Positions 1-12,114 of a stretch of DNA of 63,354 nucleotides are shown here, one piece after another. The number at the start of each line of letters is the position of its first letter. Position 1 is the stretch's first letter. Position numbers and translations under genes: made by a program. The notes below the pieces were generated by a model. That model was not told the DNA's origin, searched no databases, and saw nothing but the letters and a program-made list of their open reading frames with translations. This DNA is from Emiliania huxleyi CCMP1516 (Eukaryota): assembly GCF_000372725.1 (NCBI RefSeq), contig NW_005201318.1:164342-227695 (forward strand). The letters are read 5' to 3'.

Positions 1-654
1 CCCTCTTCGCCTTCAAGCAGTACTTCCCCGCCGTGGCGACGGCCGGCTGGCTGGCCCGCAGTCGGCCCGACGGGAGTGGCGCGAGCGTGGCCGTTGCGTG
101 TGCGTCTAGGCGACAACCGACGTCCTCTCCCGCGTCGCCGACGTGCTCGCGTGCAAGCCGTCCGAGCTTGCTTTCTACCCGGTGCCCAAGCTGATGATCC
201 GGCGCGTCGGGGACCATGAGGCGTACTCGGCGCTGCGCGCGTCGGAGCTCGGCGAGCGCCCACTCGAGGTGGGGCGCGCGGGGAAGAGAGCAGCGCCTCT
301 GTTCATCGCTCTCGAAATGAGCAGGCGATGGAACGCTCGAGCTGCGCGAGGTGGAGGACGCGATGGCGTACATCGCACAGATGGACGCCGGCCCAGACTT
401 GCTCCTCACCATGAACAAGTGCAGCCCCCCTCCCTGCCCCTCGCCTCCCGCGTCCCCTCCTGCCCCCATCTCCGGTCTCGGCGGCGCGCACAACGTTCGC
501 CACCCTGTCCCCGACGCGCCCCCGCGCCCCTGCGACAAGGTGCATCGTCTCCAACAAGAAGTCCGGCTTCTATGACGGCTGCAAGAACGCCGTCGCACTC
601 GCGACCGAGCTCGCCGCCAGCTCGGAGAAGAGCCTGCCCTTCCTCGCCAACTGA
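1..654 (+). CDS. 3' part of a spliced gene; conserved hypothetical protein resembling bacterial DUF6937-type (possibly GT-B fold) proteins; 5' end lies outside the window
   Basis: Spliced reading gives DVLACKPSELAFYPVPKLMIRRVGDHEAYSALRASELG/DGTLELREVEDAMAYI...NK/CIVSNKKSGFYDGCKNAVALA...LAN*, stop TGA 652-654. Introns about 252-323 (GC-AG) and 419-539. Family assignment is from memory of the KPSELAFYP/GDGT/YDG motif. Confidence 0.55.
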
Positions 655-922
655 GGTGCACTCGACGCGTCACGCGTGCGGAGGGGGGCGCGGGGGCGCG
701 GAGAGCAGAGGGCCCTCTGGGCGCCACGGCCAGCCGCGGGCAGCGGAGGGCCGTGGCGAGCTCGGGGGGTCTCGCGGGCGCTCTTCATGTCTCCACACAT
801 GCACATGGCCCACATGCACATGCAGTCGCAGCAACGCGCCGTTGAGCGGTTGTCAAGACAAGCGAAAAATAGCCATATACAAGGAGTCTGAAAGCGCAAA
901 GCGGGGGGGGGGGGGGGGAGGA

Positions 923-1960
<1,038 letters not shown>

Positions 1961-2084
1961 GGGGGGGAGGATATAAAATTATCGAACGTCATCAACTCCT
2001 TCACGCCATGCGGCCCATGTGCCTCACGCGCGCACGGGGATGGGCGCTCCCGCGGCCGCGCTCCACGACGAGGCTCGAGGGCGG

Positions 2085-2420
2085 AGGGGGCCGGGGAGCG
2101 GGGTCCCGGGGAGCTTCTCTCAAAAGTTTTCAACAAAAGAAGCGCACCCCCCAAGCGAGCCGGATGTCGGTTTGATGATCGGCAAGCTCTTGGAGTGCGG
2201 TAACCTCACATCCACTTGGAGCACTTGGAGTGCGGTCATCAACCGCACGCCCAGGGCCGGGGGAGCTAAGTCCTAAGAAGCGCACCCTCTCCCACCCTCC
2301 CTGCACCCAGCGGGCCGGACGATTGGCATGGGATCTTGGAGCACTTGGAGTGCAGTCGTTAACCTCACACCCAGGGCCGGGGAGCTAAGAAGCGCACCCA
2401 GCGCGCCGGATGATCGGTAT
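2085..2420. repeat. Imperfect tandem repeat of about 120 bp (about 3 units)
   Basis: Recurrent blocks CTTGGAGCACTTGGAGTGC (2216, 2336), GGGCCGGGGAGC and AAGAAGCGCACCC. Confidence 0.7.
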
Positions 2421-2444
2421 CGGGTCACGGGCTAGAGAGCCCTA

Positions 2445-2594
2445 AAAAAGAAAGAAAACAGACAACCCAAGGGAGGGATGGGAGGACGGTACGCCGCCAC
2501 CACACAGGGATTTTAGGGGAGAAGTGTGGTGTTAGCCGTCGCCCACCCTCGGGCGTCTACCACTTCCTATCTCTCTCCGCAGTTTATCACCAAT
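2445..2594 (-). mobile_element. LINE family A, 5'-truncated 3' end with (TTTC)n tail
   Basis: Same 3' end as 14319-14460 (AAGAAAACAGACAACCCAAGGGAGGGATGGGAGGACGG...TAGCCGTCGCCCACCCT). 12-bp TSD TAGAGAGCCCTA at 2433-2444 and 2595-2606. Confidence 0.9.
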
Positions 2595-4220
2595 TAGAGA
2601 GCCCTAGCCCCGGGGATGCGCGTGGAACCCCGTCTTTTTTTGGGCCCCCGGAGCGACGTGGAGGAGCCCACGCGGCCCTGGAACCTGGGCCTACAACCTC
2701 GCAACCCATGGCAGGCAACCACCGCTCGGCCACTGACCTTCCACTATCCACGGCCCGACACCCTCACTGGCGCCAATGACGAGAGCATTGACTCTCTTTC
2801 CGATTCGATAGCCCCGCTCTCAGTGGGGAATAAACCTCCAATTGACCCGAGGCTGCCAGTTGCGATCGCACCCTCCGCGGCGATGAGGAAGAAAAACAAC
2901 TCGTTAGATAGGGACAGATGACGCGCTTGCGGATGATTCTTACCTTGTTTGGCTGTGGTTCTGAGCCGTTTGCCCCACCCTATCAGCCCTGTGCAACACG
3001 CAGACCGCTTATTAGTCCAAAGTCGTTCTGAGCCGTTGCCCTCGCTGCCCCAGGCGTCTGAAGAGATCGGCAGGCGGACCGGGCGTCTCGTTCCCCCCTC
3101 CTCAGTGCGGCCAACTAGTTCACCACCTTCCTCCCCCACCAACGCCCGGCGCGGCTAGGTGCGCATGCCACATCACAAAGCCAGCCGTCTCCCATCCATG
3201 GTGCAATGAGGGAGGGTAACACCTCAAACAGACTAGAATCTCGTACTCACTCGCCTGCCCGTGCGCGGCGTGGCTGCCGAGACTCGCGTTGCAACCGAGC
3301 ACCACCAACACACAGTGCCCCGAATCGCTCCCCCCCCCCCCCCCCCGCACGGCTGTTTTGCCCTCCCTGTCCCGCCCAGCCCACCTCGCTCTGCCTTAGG
3401 CCCGGAAGAGCTGTCCAATAACCGCCTGCACTCACGCCGAGGGTCACTCGGAAGAGCAGAGAGGCGGCGGCGCGCGTCAACCAGTCGAGCGCCGTTTGCG
3501 AAGGCGAGGCATACGAGGAGGTTTCCACGACGACCAGGTCGAGTTTCTCTCCTTTGACAGCAATGAGGTGCGTAGGCGCCTCTAGGCTCCGTTGGGACGT
3601 GGTGTAAGAATGTCTGAGGGCTGATGTGTGTGATCTCTGAACTCATGAGACAACACAAGGGGGTTGGGGCTTGGGCCCCCTAGTCTGAAAACAAAAACAA
3701 ACTCGAAAACAGCCAAAATCAGCCTGCGAGAGAGGCACTGCGCGCCGCTGACCTCATGTGGGGATGTGTGCCGACACCACACCCAATACCTTCTCCCAGT
3801 GGGGCGGGCCTGCGCCTGGGGCTGGGCCCCCGGACCCCCTGCCGCTCTTGTGTTCTGTTTTCTGTTTTTCTGTTTTTCAAAACGCCCGCCCGCCCGCGTC
3901 ATTCCCGGAGGCGGCTCGGCCCCCCACTGTGCACTGACCGAGAGATTAAAAACGCTCGGCTCAAGAGTCTTCTCGCGGTTATTTTTGTGTTCTCTGCATT
4001 TCACTTTTCAGATTTCACTGGTGTACTACATATACACGTACGATGTGGACTTAACTCGCGCCGCCCCCGGCGCTTTCGCGCTACCGCCCGCTACAGGGGC
4101 CGTAAAGGATATAGGGCATGGTAGGGGTAGGCTCTATACCGCCGTGGCTCTACACCTCATACGCCCGCACTACGGAGGCGCTAGCCGCTAGCGCGCTACT
4201 GACGCAGGCCTACTCGCTAC

Positions 4221-4493
4221 AGAGTATATGGCACCGCCGGCGAGGAGTGGACCTTTGCGAGCTACGTGCAGCTGGCCGGCACCATCGTCCTCCTTTTCGG
4301 CACGGCGGTGTACAACGGCTCGGTCCCTTTGCCAGGCCTGGGAGACCCAGTCCCGCTCAAAGAGACGCTGCTTCCCTCGGGAGTCGCCAAATCCTCCGCC
4401 GCGTCGCTGCGCCTCTCTGGCGCATTCCAAAACAACTCAGCGCTGCTGCAAAAGACGGCGGCCAAGGAGGCCAAGCGGCTGAGCCAGCGCTGA
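4221..4493 (+). CDS. C-terminal fragment of an SLC35F6-like drug/metabolite (nucleotide-sugar) transporter; upstream exons not identified
   Basis: GEEWTFASYVQLAGTIVLLFGTAVYNG resembles the last TM helix of SLC35F6-type proteins. No obvious N-terminal exons upstream. Confidence 0.5.
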   Translation, partial: RVYGTAGEEWTFASYVQLAGTIVLLFGTAVYNGSVPLPGLGDPVPLKETLLPSGVAKSSAASLRLSGAFQNNSALLQKTAAKEAKRLSQR

Positions 4494-4927
4494 GCAGTGT
4501 CGTGCGTGCGCGCGAGCCTCGCGGCACGCTCCCTCCACTACCCCCCCCCCCCCCCTTCCCCTCGCCTTCCTTCCCCCCTACCACTCTCGTACCACTCTTT
4601 GTGTGCTAGTAGTCACTGATTGGTTGCGGGGCTGGAAGCCCTCGCCTTGCGTGCGCGCGACGGCGGACGGCGGACGGCGCGTGCGAGAACCGTGCGTGTG
4701 CTCATGCTGCTTTTTGGCATGCGTCCGTCCCTACCGGTTGTAATGGCTCCGGACTAATTGACAATTCTTCACCGCCGCTCGAGCACCCGCCGTCGCGCCC
4801 CGTGACGTCTCCGTACTCCGAGACACCGAGTCGAGAACGTACAGAGCGGGAGAGTCGAGAGAGCATCCACAGCGGTGCAGCCTCCGGCCAGACATAGAAA
4901 GAACAAGAGGAGGAGAGGGACGGAGGC

Positions 4928-6647
4928 CTGAGCCCTGGTCTGACAGCCTGACAGCAAACCCCGGGCAGCGCCTGACAGTGCCCGACAGCCTGACAGCGTT
5001 GACAGCACTTTCTCTGACAGTCTGACAGCACGTCTCTGACAGCCTGACAGCAGAGCCTGACATCAGAGGCGTCCCGTCGCTGTCAGGCCCTAACGTGACA
5101 GCCTGACAGCTGCCCGACAGCCCGACAGCACACAGCGGCCTGACAGCAGCGCTGACAGCCCGACAGCCCGACCAGCCCGACAGCAGCACAGACCGTACTC
5201 AGGCCGTGCAGCCTCTTTCTTGTGTCCCAGGAGGGTATAGCAAAACTATTACATGCAAAGACATGTGTATGTGGTCCGCGCCTTCGATTCTGTGGAGTCC
5301 GCGCCAACCTCTGTGCACAGACCGGCTTCTTCAAGCAGCCGTGCTTGCACTTTCCTCTGGCTGACACCTATGTCCAGGGTGGCGCGTTGCTGGAGGAGCC
5401 GGGAGAGAAGGAGGATGATCCAAACGGCACACCCGATGCTGAGCCGGCCGAGCTGACCGCCATGGGCGCACAGGATGCTGCAGATGCCGAGGCCGTGCTG
5501 AACCAGCTGATGCGGACGGGGGCCAACGTGGCGCCTCCAACCGGCGGCGAGGAGGGCAGCAGCGCAGAGTTTTTTGAGGAGATCCGTAAGCTGCTGGCAG
5601 ATTTCAACGTCTCCATCCAGGAGGAGTCAAAGGATCGCAAGCTCCGCTTCCACGTCAAGCGGCTCATCAAGTCCCATCAGCAGCGAGGCGAGGATGTGGA
5701 TGAGGAGCTCGACTTCTACATGGATGATGATGACGGTGACCACGCCCTTGCCGCCTGTCACACACACACATAAGACGTGCATTCTCATCTCTCCCTCTTC
5801 TCTTTCTCTCCGCAGTTGCGGTGCTCTTCACCATGGAGGACAGCTCCAAGGTCTTTGCCATTGGCAACATCGAGCAGGTGGCCGTCGCAGATGGCACGGT
5901 AGACGCGCGCCGCGCCACTGGCAGCTCGAGCGCAGAGTACCTGCGCCAGCTCTCGATGAGTCAGCGCAGCAACGGGGTCTTCATCAACGACCCCAAGGGC
6001 CTCTTTATCCTCCGGTGGTACCGTGAGGTGAAGGGTGACGGGACCCCCCCAGACGGCCCGCGCTACCAGAACAAAGCGTGCAAGTACTACAAGCTGACGA
6101 GCGACAACGATGGGGAGGCCTTCCGCTGGACCAGCAACTACCAGATCATCAGCAAGGTGTACCTGAAGAAGCACTCCCCCCTGCCTCTCTGCTATTCTCT
6201 CAGTGCGGCAGACAAGAAGATGGTGACTTCCACCATGAAGAAGATGGTGGGACCGGAGGCAGAGTAGAGACTAGAGTATGTGCAGCAGAGTCCTGCTGGT
6301 CTCCTCTTGATAATGTCATAAGTGTGGCTGGTGTGTGTCAGAGCCTGACAGCACCCCGACAGCACCACCTGACAGCACCTGACAGCAACAGCCCAACGTC
6401 TGACAGCAGCAGCAGCCTGACAGCTCTGACAGCTCCGACAGCGTCTGACAGCAACACACCCGACAGCTCCGACAGCACCCGACAGCTACAGATCCCCTCT
6501 GATGTCAGACACGCACCCGACAGCACCCGACAGCACTGACAGCACCCGACAGCTGGTCTGACAGAGGCACCTGACAGTGCCTGACAGCTGCCCGACAGCC
6601 CGACAGATCACCTGACAGCACCTGACAGCCTGACAGCCAGGGCTCAG
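4928..6647 (+). mobile_element. Non-autonomous DNA transposon, copy 1 (11-bp TIR, 8-bp TSD, CTGACAG subterminal arrays)
   Basis: TIR CTGAGCCCTGG...CCAGGGCTCAG. TSD ACGGAGGC at 4920-4927 and 6648-6655. Near-identical copy at 21018-22365. Confidence 0.93.
5378..6267 (+). CDS. Retained 3' exons of the transposon-encoded protein (probable transposase C-terminus)
   Basis: Exons about 5378-5735 and 5816-6267 joined by a GT-AG intron give ...FYMDDDD/VAVLFTMEDSSKVFAIGNIEQ...LFILRWYREV...GPEAE*. Last exon conserved in copy 2 (ends 21977). No catalytic DDE core visible. Confidence 0.55.
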
Positions 6648-6836
6648 ACGGAGGCGAGAACTGCTGCGCGCCAGTCCCCCGCGTAAAGAACGAAAGAAAG
6701 AAAAAAGACCGCCGCTGTGTTATGTGTATACTACCGGGGTCGGTTATGATGCTCATCCCACAAGCCACATCCGTCGCGGCGCGACGCGCACACGGTTTTG
6801 GTTACAATGAGGCTAACACGGCGCCGCGCGCGTTCT

Positions 6837-7056
6837 GGCTAGTGCCATTTCACTCTGACACGCTAATCTTGAAAACGTCTCCAACGGAGCTCCGTGTTGC
6901 TTCCAGCGCCCTCCCCCGCGCTTCCTGCGGCCATGGCCGATGATACTAGTATGATAGGTCATCTGGCTACCGCGAGAGCGACCCAACTCGTCGACATCGT
7001 CCGATGATGGTGCCGCAAAGTCAGCCCTCGGAGGCTATCGTGGGGTCGAGCCGGCA
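6837..7056. repeat. Dispersed repeat shared with 52742-52882 (probable TE remnant)
   Basis: CTGACACGCTAATCTTGAAAACGTC...GGAGCTCCGTGTTGC and CGACATCGTCCGATGATGGTGCCGCAAAGTCAG...GGCTATCGTGGGGTCGAGCCGGCA occur at both loci. Confidence 0.8.
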
Positions 7057-7633
7057 GTAGCCGTGACATGTGGTTCCACCACCCCTCGTAGGCTTTGCCT
7101 CTGACCGCCACCGTTCCCAGGCTGCCTAATGGGATGGAAAGGAAGGCTCGGCGAGCGTAGAGAAGCGTGCTCGACCTCGTCGTGGCAGCCTGCATGGCAG
7201 CGCTGGCGGGCGCGATGAGCGTCGTGCCACCTGACCCGAGACGGGTCGCAGGCGTCGTACCTTGCGCGTCGAGACCGTGTCCTGATGTGATCTGCACGGG
7301 AGAGTCACGTCGGCGTCAAAGGAGCGACGTGCGACCTGTCAGAGCTTGATCTCCGATCTCAGCGGCGTCGACGTCGTCTCCGGCGCGCGACAAATGTACC
7401 TCCCCAGGACGCGCAGAGGCAGCTGCGATCCCGCTGAGTGGACGGCGGCACACCGCGCCACCTGCTGTGTGCCGCCGTCTACTCGGCAGGGTCGCAGCTG
7501 CCTCTGCGTGGACATCGCTTGGAAAAGAAAAACTACTGGGGGCGGGGAGAGCCCAGACGAAAAGAATTCTCAACTCGCCGCCGCCCCACTGCTGTTCCGA
7601 GCTACTGAGCAGTCCGCAGAGCCCGAGCGCCAG

Positions 7634-10258
7634 ATGCCAAAGCGCGACCGCCAGCCCGAGCACTGGGGCTCGCTCGTCCCGCACAACTCCATGCACGGCC
7701 GCCGTCCCGTGCCGCTCTCCCGCTCGACAGTCGTCATTGGCAAAGGAGGCGACGTGCGAGCGCCGTCCAACCCGCATCTTTCGAGGCACCACATCCGGCT
7801 CGAGCGAGAGGGCGACGGCAGCGTGTACGCGACGCACCTCTCCGCGCTGAATTCGACATGGCTAAACGGCAAACGCCTCGAGCACGACCGGCGGACGCTC
7901 GTCGAGCCGTGCGCTGGCAACGCGCCGTACAGCCTCAGAGGCGAGGCGCCCGACGCACCGCTCCTCTTTGTGAGCGTGCCGAACGCAGCCAGTGCACGCG
8001 CGGCCTGCGAGGAGGGGAAGCTCAACGGCTGGTGCGGCTGGTCGTTGCGCCTCGAGCGAGCGGGCGACTGCGTTGCCGCTCCTGTTGGAGCCTCCGCGCC
8101 TTCCGCAGAGCCGCAGCGAGGCGGAGCGCTTGTGCTCTCGTCCAGGGGCGGCGGCGACGCGGCGGCGGCTGAGACGGAGAAGCCCGCTGCGTCTGCGCAG
8201 TCATGGGCGGTGGCGGCGGCAGCGGCGGCAGACGCGACGGCGACGGCGAAGGCGGAGGCGGCAGAGGCGGCGGCGGCGGACGCGGCGGCGAAGGTGATAG
8301 TGGAGGCTGAGGTGGAGGCGGCAGAGGCGGAGGCGGCGGCAGAGCCGGAGCCAGAGTGGGGCTCGGAGGAGCGGCGCGCGAAAGAGACCATCTTCCGCGG
8401 CGTGCGGCTGCTGCTGGCGGCGCGGCTCGGCGACACGCTGCGCGAGCTGCAGGAGGAGGTGGTGCGGCGCGGCGGCGGAGAGGTCGTAAGCGACGTGCGC
8501 GAGGCGACGCACTTGGCGCTCGAGTCGAACCGCCGCCCCTCCGAGCTGGCGTGCCTGGCCGCGCTGCCGGAGGCCGAGTGGCCGCGCCTCGTGACGAAAG
8601 ACTGGGTCGGGCAGTGCTCCAAGGTCCTCTCCGCCGACGGGTCGCGGACCGACGTGCTGCGCAAGCACTTGCACCCCAGCGCGGTGACGGTTGCCCGAAA
8701 GGATGTCTGCTTCAGTTCTCGACGATGACGCGACGCGTCCACGGCACGTCCGTAGGTGGCTGCGGCGCGCGAGCCCGCCTCGCCCGAGGCGTCTGTGGGA
8801 CCCGAGCCAGGTGGGGCGAGGCCGACGCGCTCGAGTTGCAATCTTTGCCAATGGGTCGGAGGCGGTGGAGGGCCGGCGGGGGCGCAGGGTCTCGCAGGGC
8901 CGAGTGCGCTGAGCGAACCGCCCGCGTCCGACGCCTTCTTTGTCCGCGACCCGCCGTCGCCGCCGCTGGAGTTCAAGCGTGCTAAGGAGAAGGCGAGGGG
9001 CGACAAGAAGGCGGGGACGTCGGCGAAGAGCTCGCATAGTCGGGCATGGGGCGACAGCCGCGAGAGGAACGCGCTCAGGCACCACTGCGCGCTGGCGGAG
9101 CCGTACAAGAAGGCGGAGGACGACGAGCGGCTGAGCGAGGAGGTTTGGATCGCGACGGAGAAGTTCGATGGCGTGCGCATGGTCTCGGACCCGCCGCACG
9201 GATGCACGACTCGAAGCGGCAAGAACCACTTCTGGCCGCCGCCCTCCTTCCTCGCGCTGCTGCCGCAGGCGCGGCTTCACGGCGCGCACTGATGTCAGGA
9301 AGCGTCGGTCCAGCTCGGCTGATGTTTGCGCGTAGGACATGAAGCTCGACGGCGAGCTGTGGGCAGGCAGGTGCCGGTTCGCTGCGGTCGGGTCGCTGAT
9401 GGGCTCGTCATCCCTCGAGGGCGGCCGCTGGTACGAGACCGCGTGGCGCAGCCTGACCTTCGTCGTCTTCGATGCGCCACATGCCGGTGGCACCTACCTG
9501 CAGCGGCTGGAGAAGGCGCGCGCCCGGATCGCCGCTATGGGGCCGCCGGACGGGTGCGTTGCAGGCCCGCCGATTCATCTACCCTTTCCGCCGCCGCCCC
9601 CACCGCCGCCGCCGCACCTGCAGGCGCATTGTCGTTGCGTCGGTGATGGAGGTGGCGGACGCGGCGGCCAAGGACGCGCTGCTGCAGCGCGTGGTTGCCC
9701 GCGGCGGCGAGGGGCTCGTGCTGCGGCGCAATGAGGCCAGGTGGCGTGCGGGGACCAGCAAAGGCGAGCACCGGCCGGCTAACCCCTCGCTCTCCCCCTG
9801 CCCCTCTCCTCCTCTCTCTCCCTCTCCTCCTCTCTCTCCCTCTCCTCCTCTCTCTCCCTCTCGCCCTCTCCTCCTCGTGTATCCACCCCCCCTCCCCCCC
9901 CCACCCCCCCGCTTTCGCAGACCGCAACGTGCTCAAGGTAAAGCAGTGGCTCGACGCCGAGGCTGTGGTCGTGGGCCACAAGAATGCGCCCTCCACCGCC
10001 AACCTGCCGACCGTGAAGGTGCAGGCGATCAACGCGCCGAACGCCGACCCGTCCACCACGTTCGATCTGTCGGTCAGCCGCGAGGAACAGCCACACTTCC
10101 CACACTTCCCGTTGGGCACTATTGTCACATTCCGGTACAGACAGATCTCTGATCTGAGTGGAGTGCCACAGACCGCCGGAGGGGCACCTCAGATTGTTCG
10201 AATCCATGATCCCCTGACCTGCGATTGCTGTTTTTGCCGTCCTGACGATGACAGCTGA
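7634..10258 (+). CDS. FHA + BRCT + minimal ATP-dependent DNA ligase (LigE-like adenylation and OB domains), multi-exon
   Basis: FHA: VVIGKG...LSRHHIRL...LSALNSTWLNG. BRCT: IFRGVRLLL...GGG...ATHL...LVTKDWVGQC. Ligase motifs EKFDGVR, LDGELW, FVVFDAP, EGLVLR, LKVK; OB domain GTIVTFRY. Introns near 8700-8755, 9269-9335, 9555-9623 and 9764-9920. Confidence 0.85.
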
Positions 10259-10659
10259 CTGACATATAGACGCGGCTTTATCAGCTGCGTCTCGTGTAGT
10301 CGCGTACTCGACAGTCAGTTGATGTGTCGTTTTAGCCTTTCGTCTATGCTGCCTTTTGTTAGTCGATAGTCGTACCATGAATAATCAAAAGAGCCTCTTC
10401 CCTTCGGACAAGTAAGAGCCAAGGGCAAGGGAGGCGCGCAAGACGCTCGAGCCAAACCCCTCACAAGTCATGATCTCACATCCTCTCGCCCCCTCCACAG
10501 CGCTCGCAGCGGCCGCGGCCTCCTCTACACCGCCGCCGCCGCGGCGCCACCACCGCTGCCGCGCCCACCCTCGGGCTCGCCCCGCCGTGACGCCGAACCG
10601 AATCCTCTCCTCGTTGAGCTCCGCGGAGCATCCCCTCCTTGTGCAACTGCGCTGGCTTC

Positions 10660-12084
10660 TCACTGCCCCGGCGCCCACGCCTCGACCTTCTTGGGCAGCA
10701 GCTGGTTCGACAGGTCCTCTCCGTGGCCTAGGCCGCCGTGGCGGCCCTCGCCCCAGGTGACAACAGCGCCGTCAGCGGTGATGGCGAGGCTATACTGCCA
10801 CCCAGCCGCTACGGCGACGAAGCGCTGCCCCGCCAAGGCCTCGATCTTCTTCGGCAGCAGCTTGTTCTGCCCGTCGCCGTGGCCCAGCTGGCCAAAGCCT
10901 CCCCCACCCCAGCTCCAGAGAGCGCCGTCAGCGGTGAGGGCGAGGCTGTGGCCGCTTCCAGCCGACACGGCGATGACACGCTGGCCGGCAAAGGCCTCGA
11001 CCTTCGTGGGCAGCAGCTGGATCTGCTCGTCGCCGTGGCCCAGCTTGCCATTGCCTCCCCAGCCCCAGCTCCAGACGGCTCCGTCGGCGGTGAGGGCGAG
11101 GCTGTGGCCGCTTCCCGACACGGCGACGACACGCCGACCAGCCAAGGCCTCGACCTTCTTCGGCAGCAGCTGGTCCTGCGTGTCGCCGTGGCCCAACCGG
11201 CCTTGCCCTCCAACGCCCCAGCTCCACACGGCGCCGTCGGCGGTGAGGGCGAGGCTGTGGAAGCCTCCAGCCGACACAGCGACGACGCGCTGGTCGGCGA
11301 AGGCCTCGACCTTCGTGGGCAGCAACTGGATCTGCTGGTCGCCGTGGCCGAGCTTGCCATAGTAGCCATCGCCCCAGCTCCAGACAGCTCCGTCGGCGGT
11401 GAGCGCGAGGCTGTGCTCGAGTCCAGCCGAGACAGCGACGACGCGCCGCCCAGCCAAGGCCTCGATCTTCTTCGGCAGCAGCTGGCTCTGCGTGTCGCCG
11501 TGGCCCAAGCGGCCGTAGCCTCCATAGCCCCAGCTCCAGACGGCGCCGCTGCTGGTGAGGGCGAGGCTGTGGTACTGCGTTGCTGACACGCTCACGGCGC
11601 GCTCTCCTCCCAGCGGGGAGGGGAGGCGGGTCGGCGTGTTAAGCCGCGTCACGCCCTCGCCGTGGCCGAGGAGGCTGGGACGTGATCCGGCGGGCAGCCG
11701 CACGACGAGAGCCGCCCCTCGCCGTCGATGAAGAGGCTGTGCTGACGGCCTGCCGCCGCCCTCGCCGGCGGGTTGGACTCGCACAGCAACGCCGAATAGC
11801 ACAGCCACCGCACGGCGCAGCTCTCGCCCTCTGGCAGCGCCGGCAGCTCGAAGCCGCGCTCTTGCGCCCACAAGCGGATGCCCTCCAGCGCAAGCGAGGC
11901 GTGGAAGAGGCGCGAGACGGCCGCGACGCGAGCGATGTCGGCGGGGTCGCAGCGAGAGAGGGCGCGCACGAGGAGCTCCGTGGGGAGGTCGAGGAGACGG
12001 GCGGGCGGCGGCGTGCTTGGCGAGGGGGCGGCGGTGGCGGCGGAGGCGAGGCGGCTCGAGCGGCGGCGCGGCGGGGGTGGACAT
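10660..12084 (-). CDS. F-box + RCC1-repeat protein; the F-box is out of frame with the ATG and the RCC1 repeats
   Basis: About 6 RCC1 repeats (HSLALTADGAVWSWG.G..G.LGHGD). F-box LLDLPTELLVRALSRC...ARVAAVSRLF lies in the 11649..12200 frame. Confidence 0.85.
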   Translation of the reverse strand: MSTPAAPPLEPPRLRRHRRPLAKHAAARPSPRPPHGAPRARPLSLRPRRHRSRRGRLAPLPRLACAGGHPLVGARARLRAAGAARGRELRRAVAVLFGVAVRVQPAGEGGGRPSAQPLHRRRGAALVVRLPAGSRPSLLGHGEGVTRLNTPTRLPSPLGGERAVSVSATQYHSLALTSSGAVWSWGYGGYGRLGHGDTQSQLLPKKIEALAGRRVVAVSAGLEHSLALTADGAVWSWGDGYYGKLGHGDQQIQLLPTKVEAFADQRVVAVSAGGFHSLALTADGAVWSWGVGGQGRLGHGDTQDQLLPKKVEALAGRRVVAVSGSGHSLALTADGAVWSWGWGGNGKLGHGDEQIQLLPTKVEAFAGQRVIAVSAGSGHSLALTADGALWSWGGGGFGQLGHGDGQNKLLPKKIEALAGQRFVAVAAGWQYSLAITADGAVVTWGEGRHGGLGHGEDLSNQLLPKKVEAWAPGQ

Positions 12085-12114
12085 CGCGAGGAAAAGAAAA
12101 ATGCCGGATTATAA

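Noticed and set aside
4939..5185. CTGACAG arrays as a CRISPR array
   Set aside because: 7-bp units with irregular 1-10 bp spacing, inside TIR/TSD-bounded elements in a eukaryote; no cas genes.
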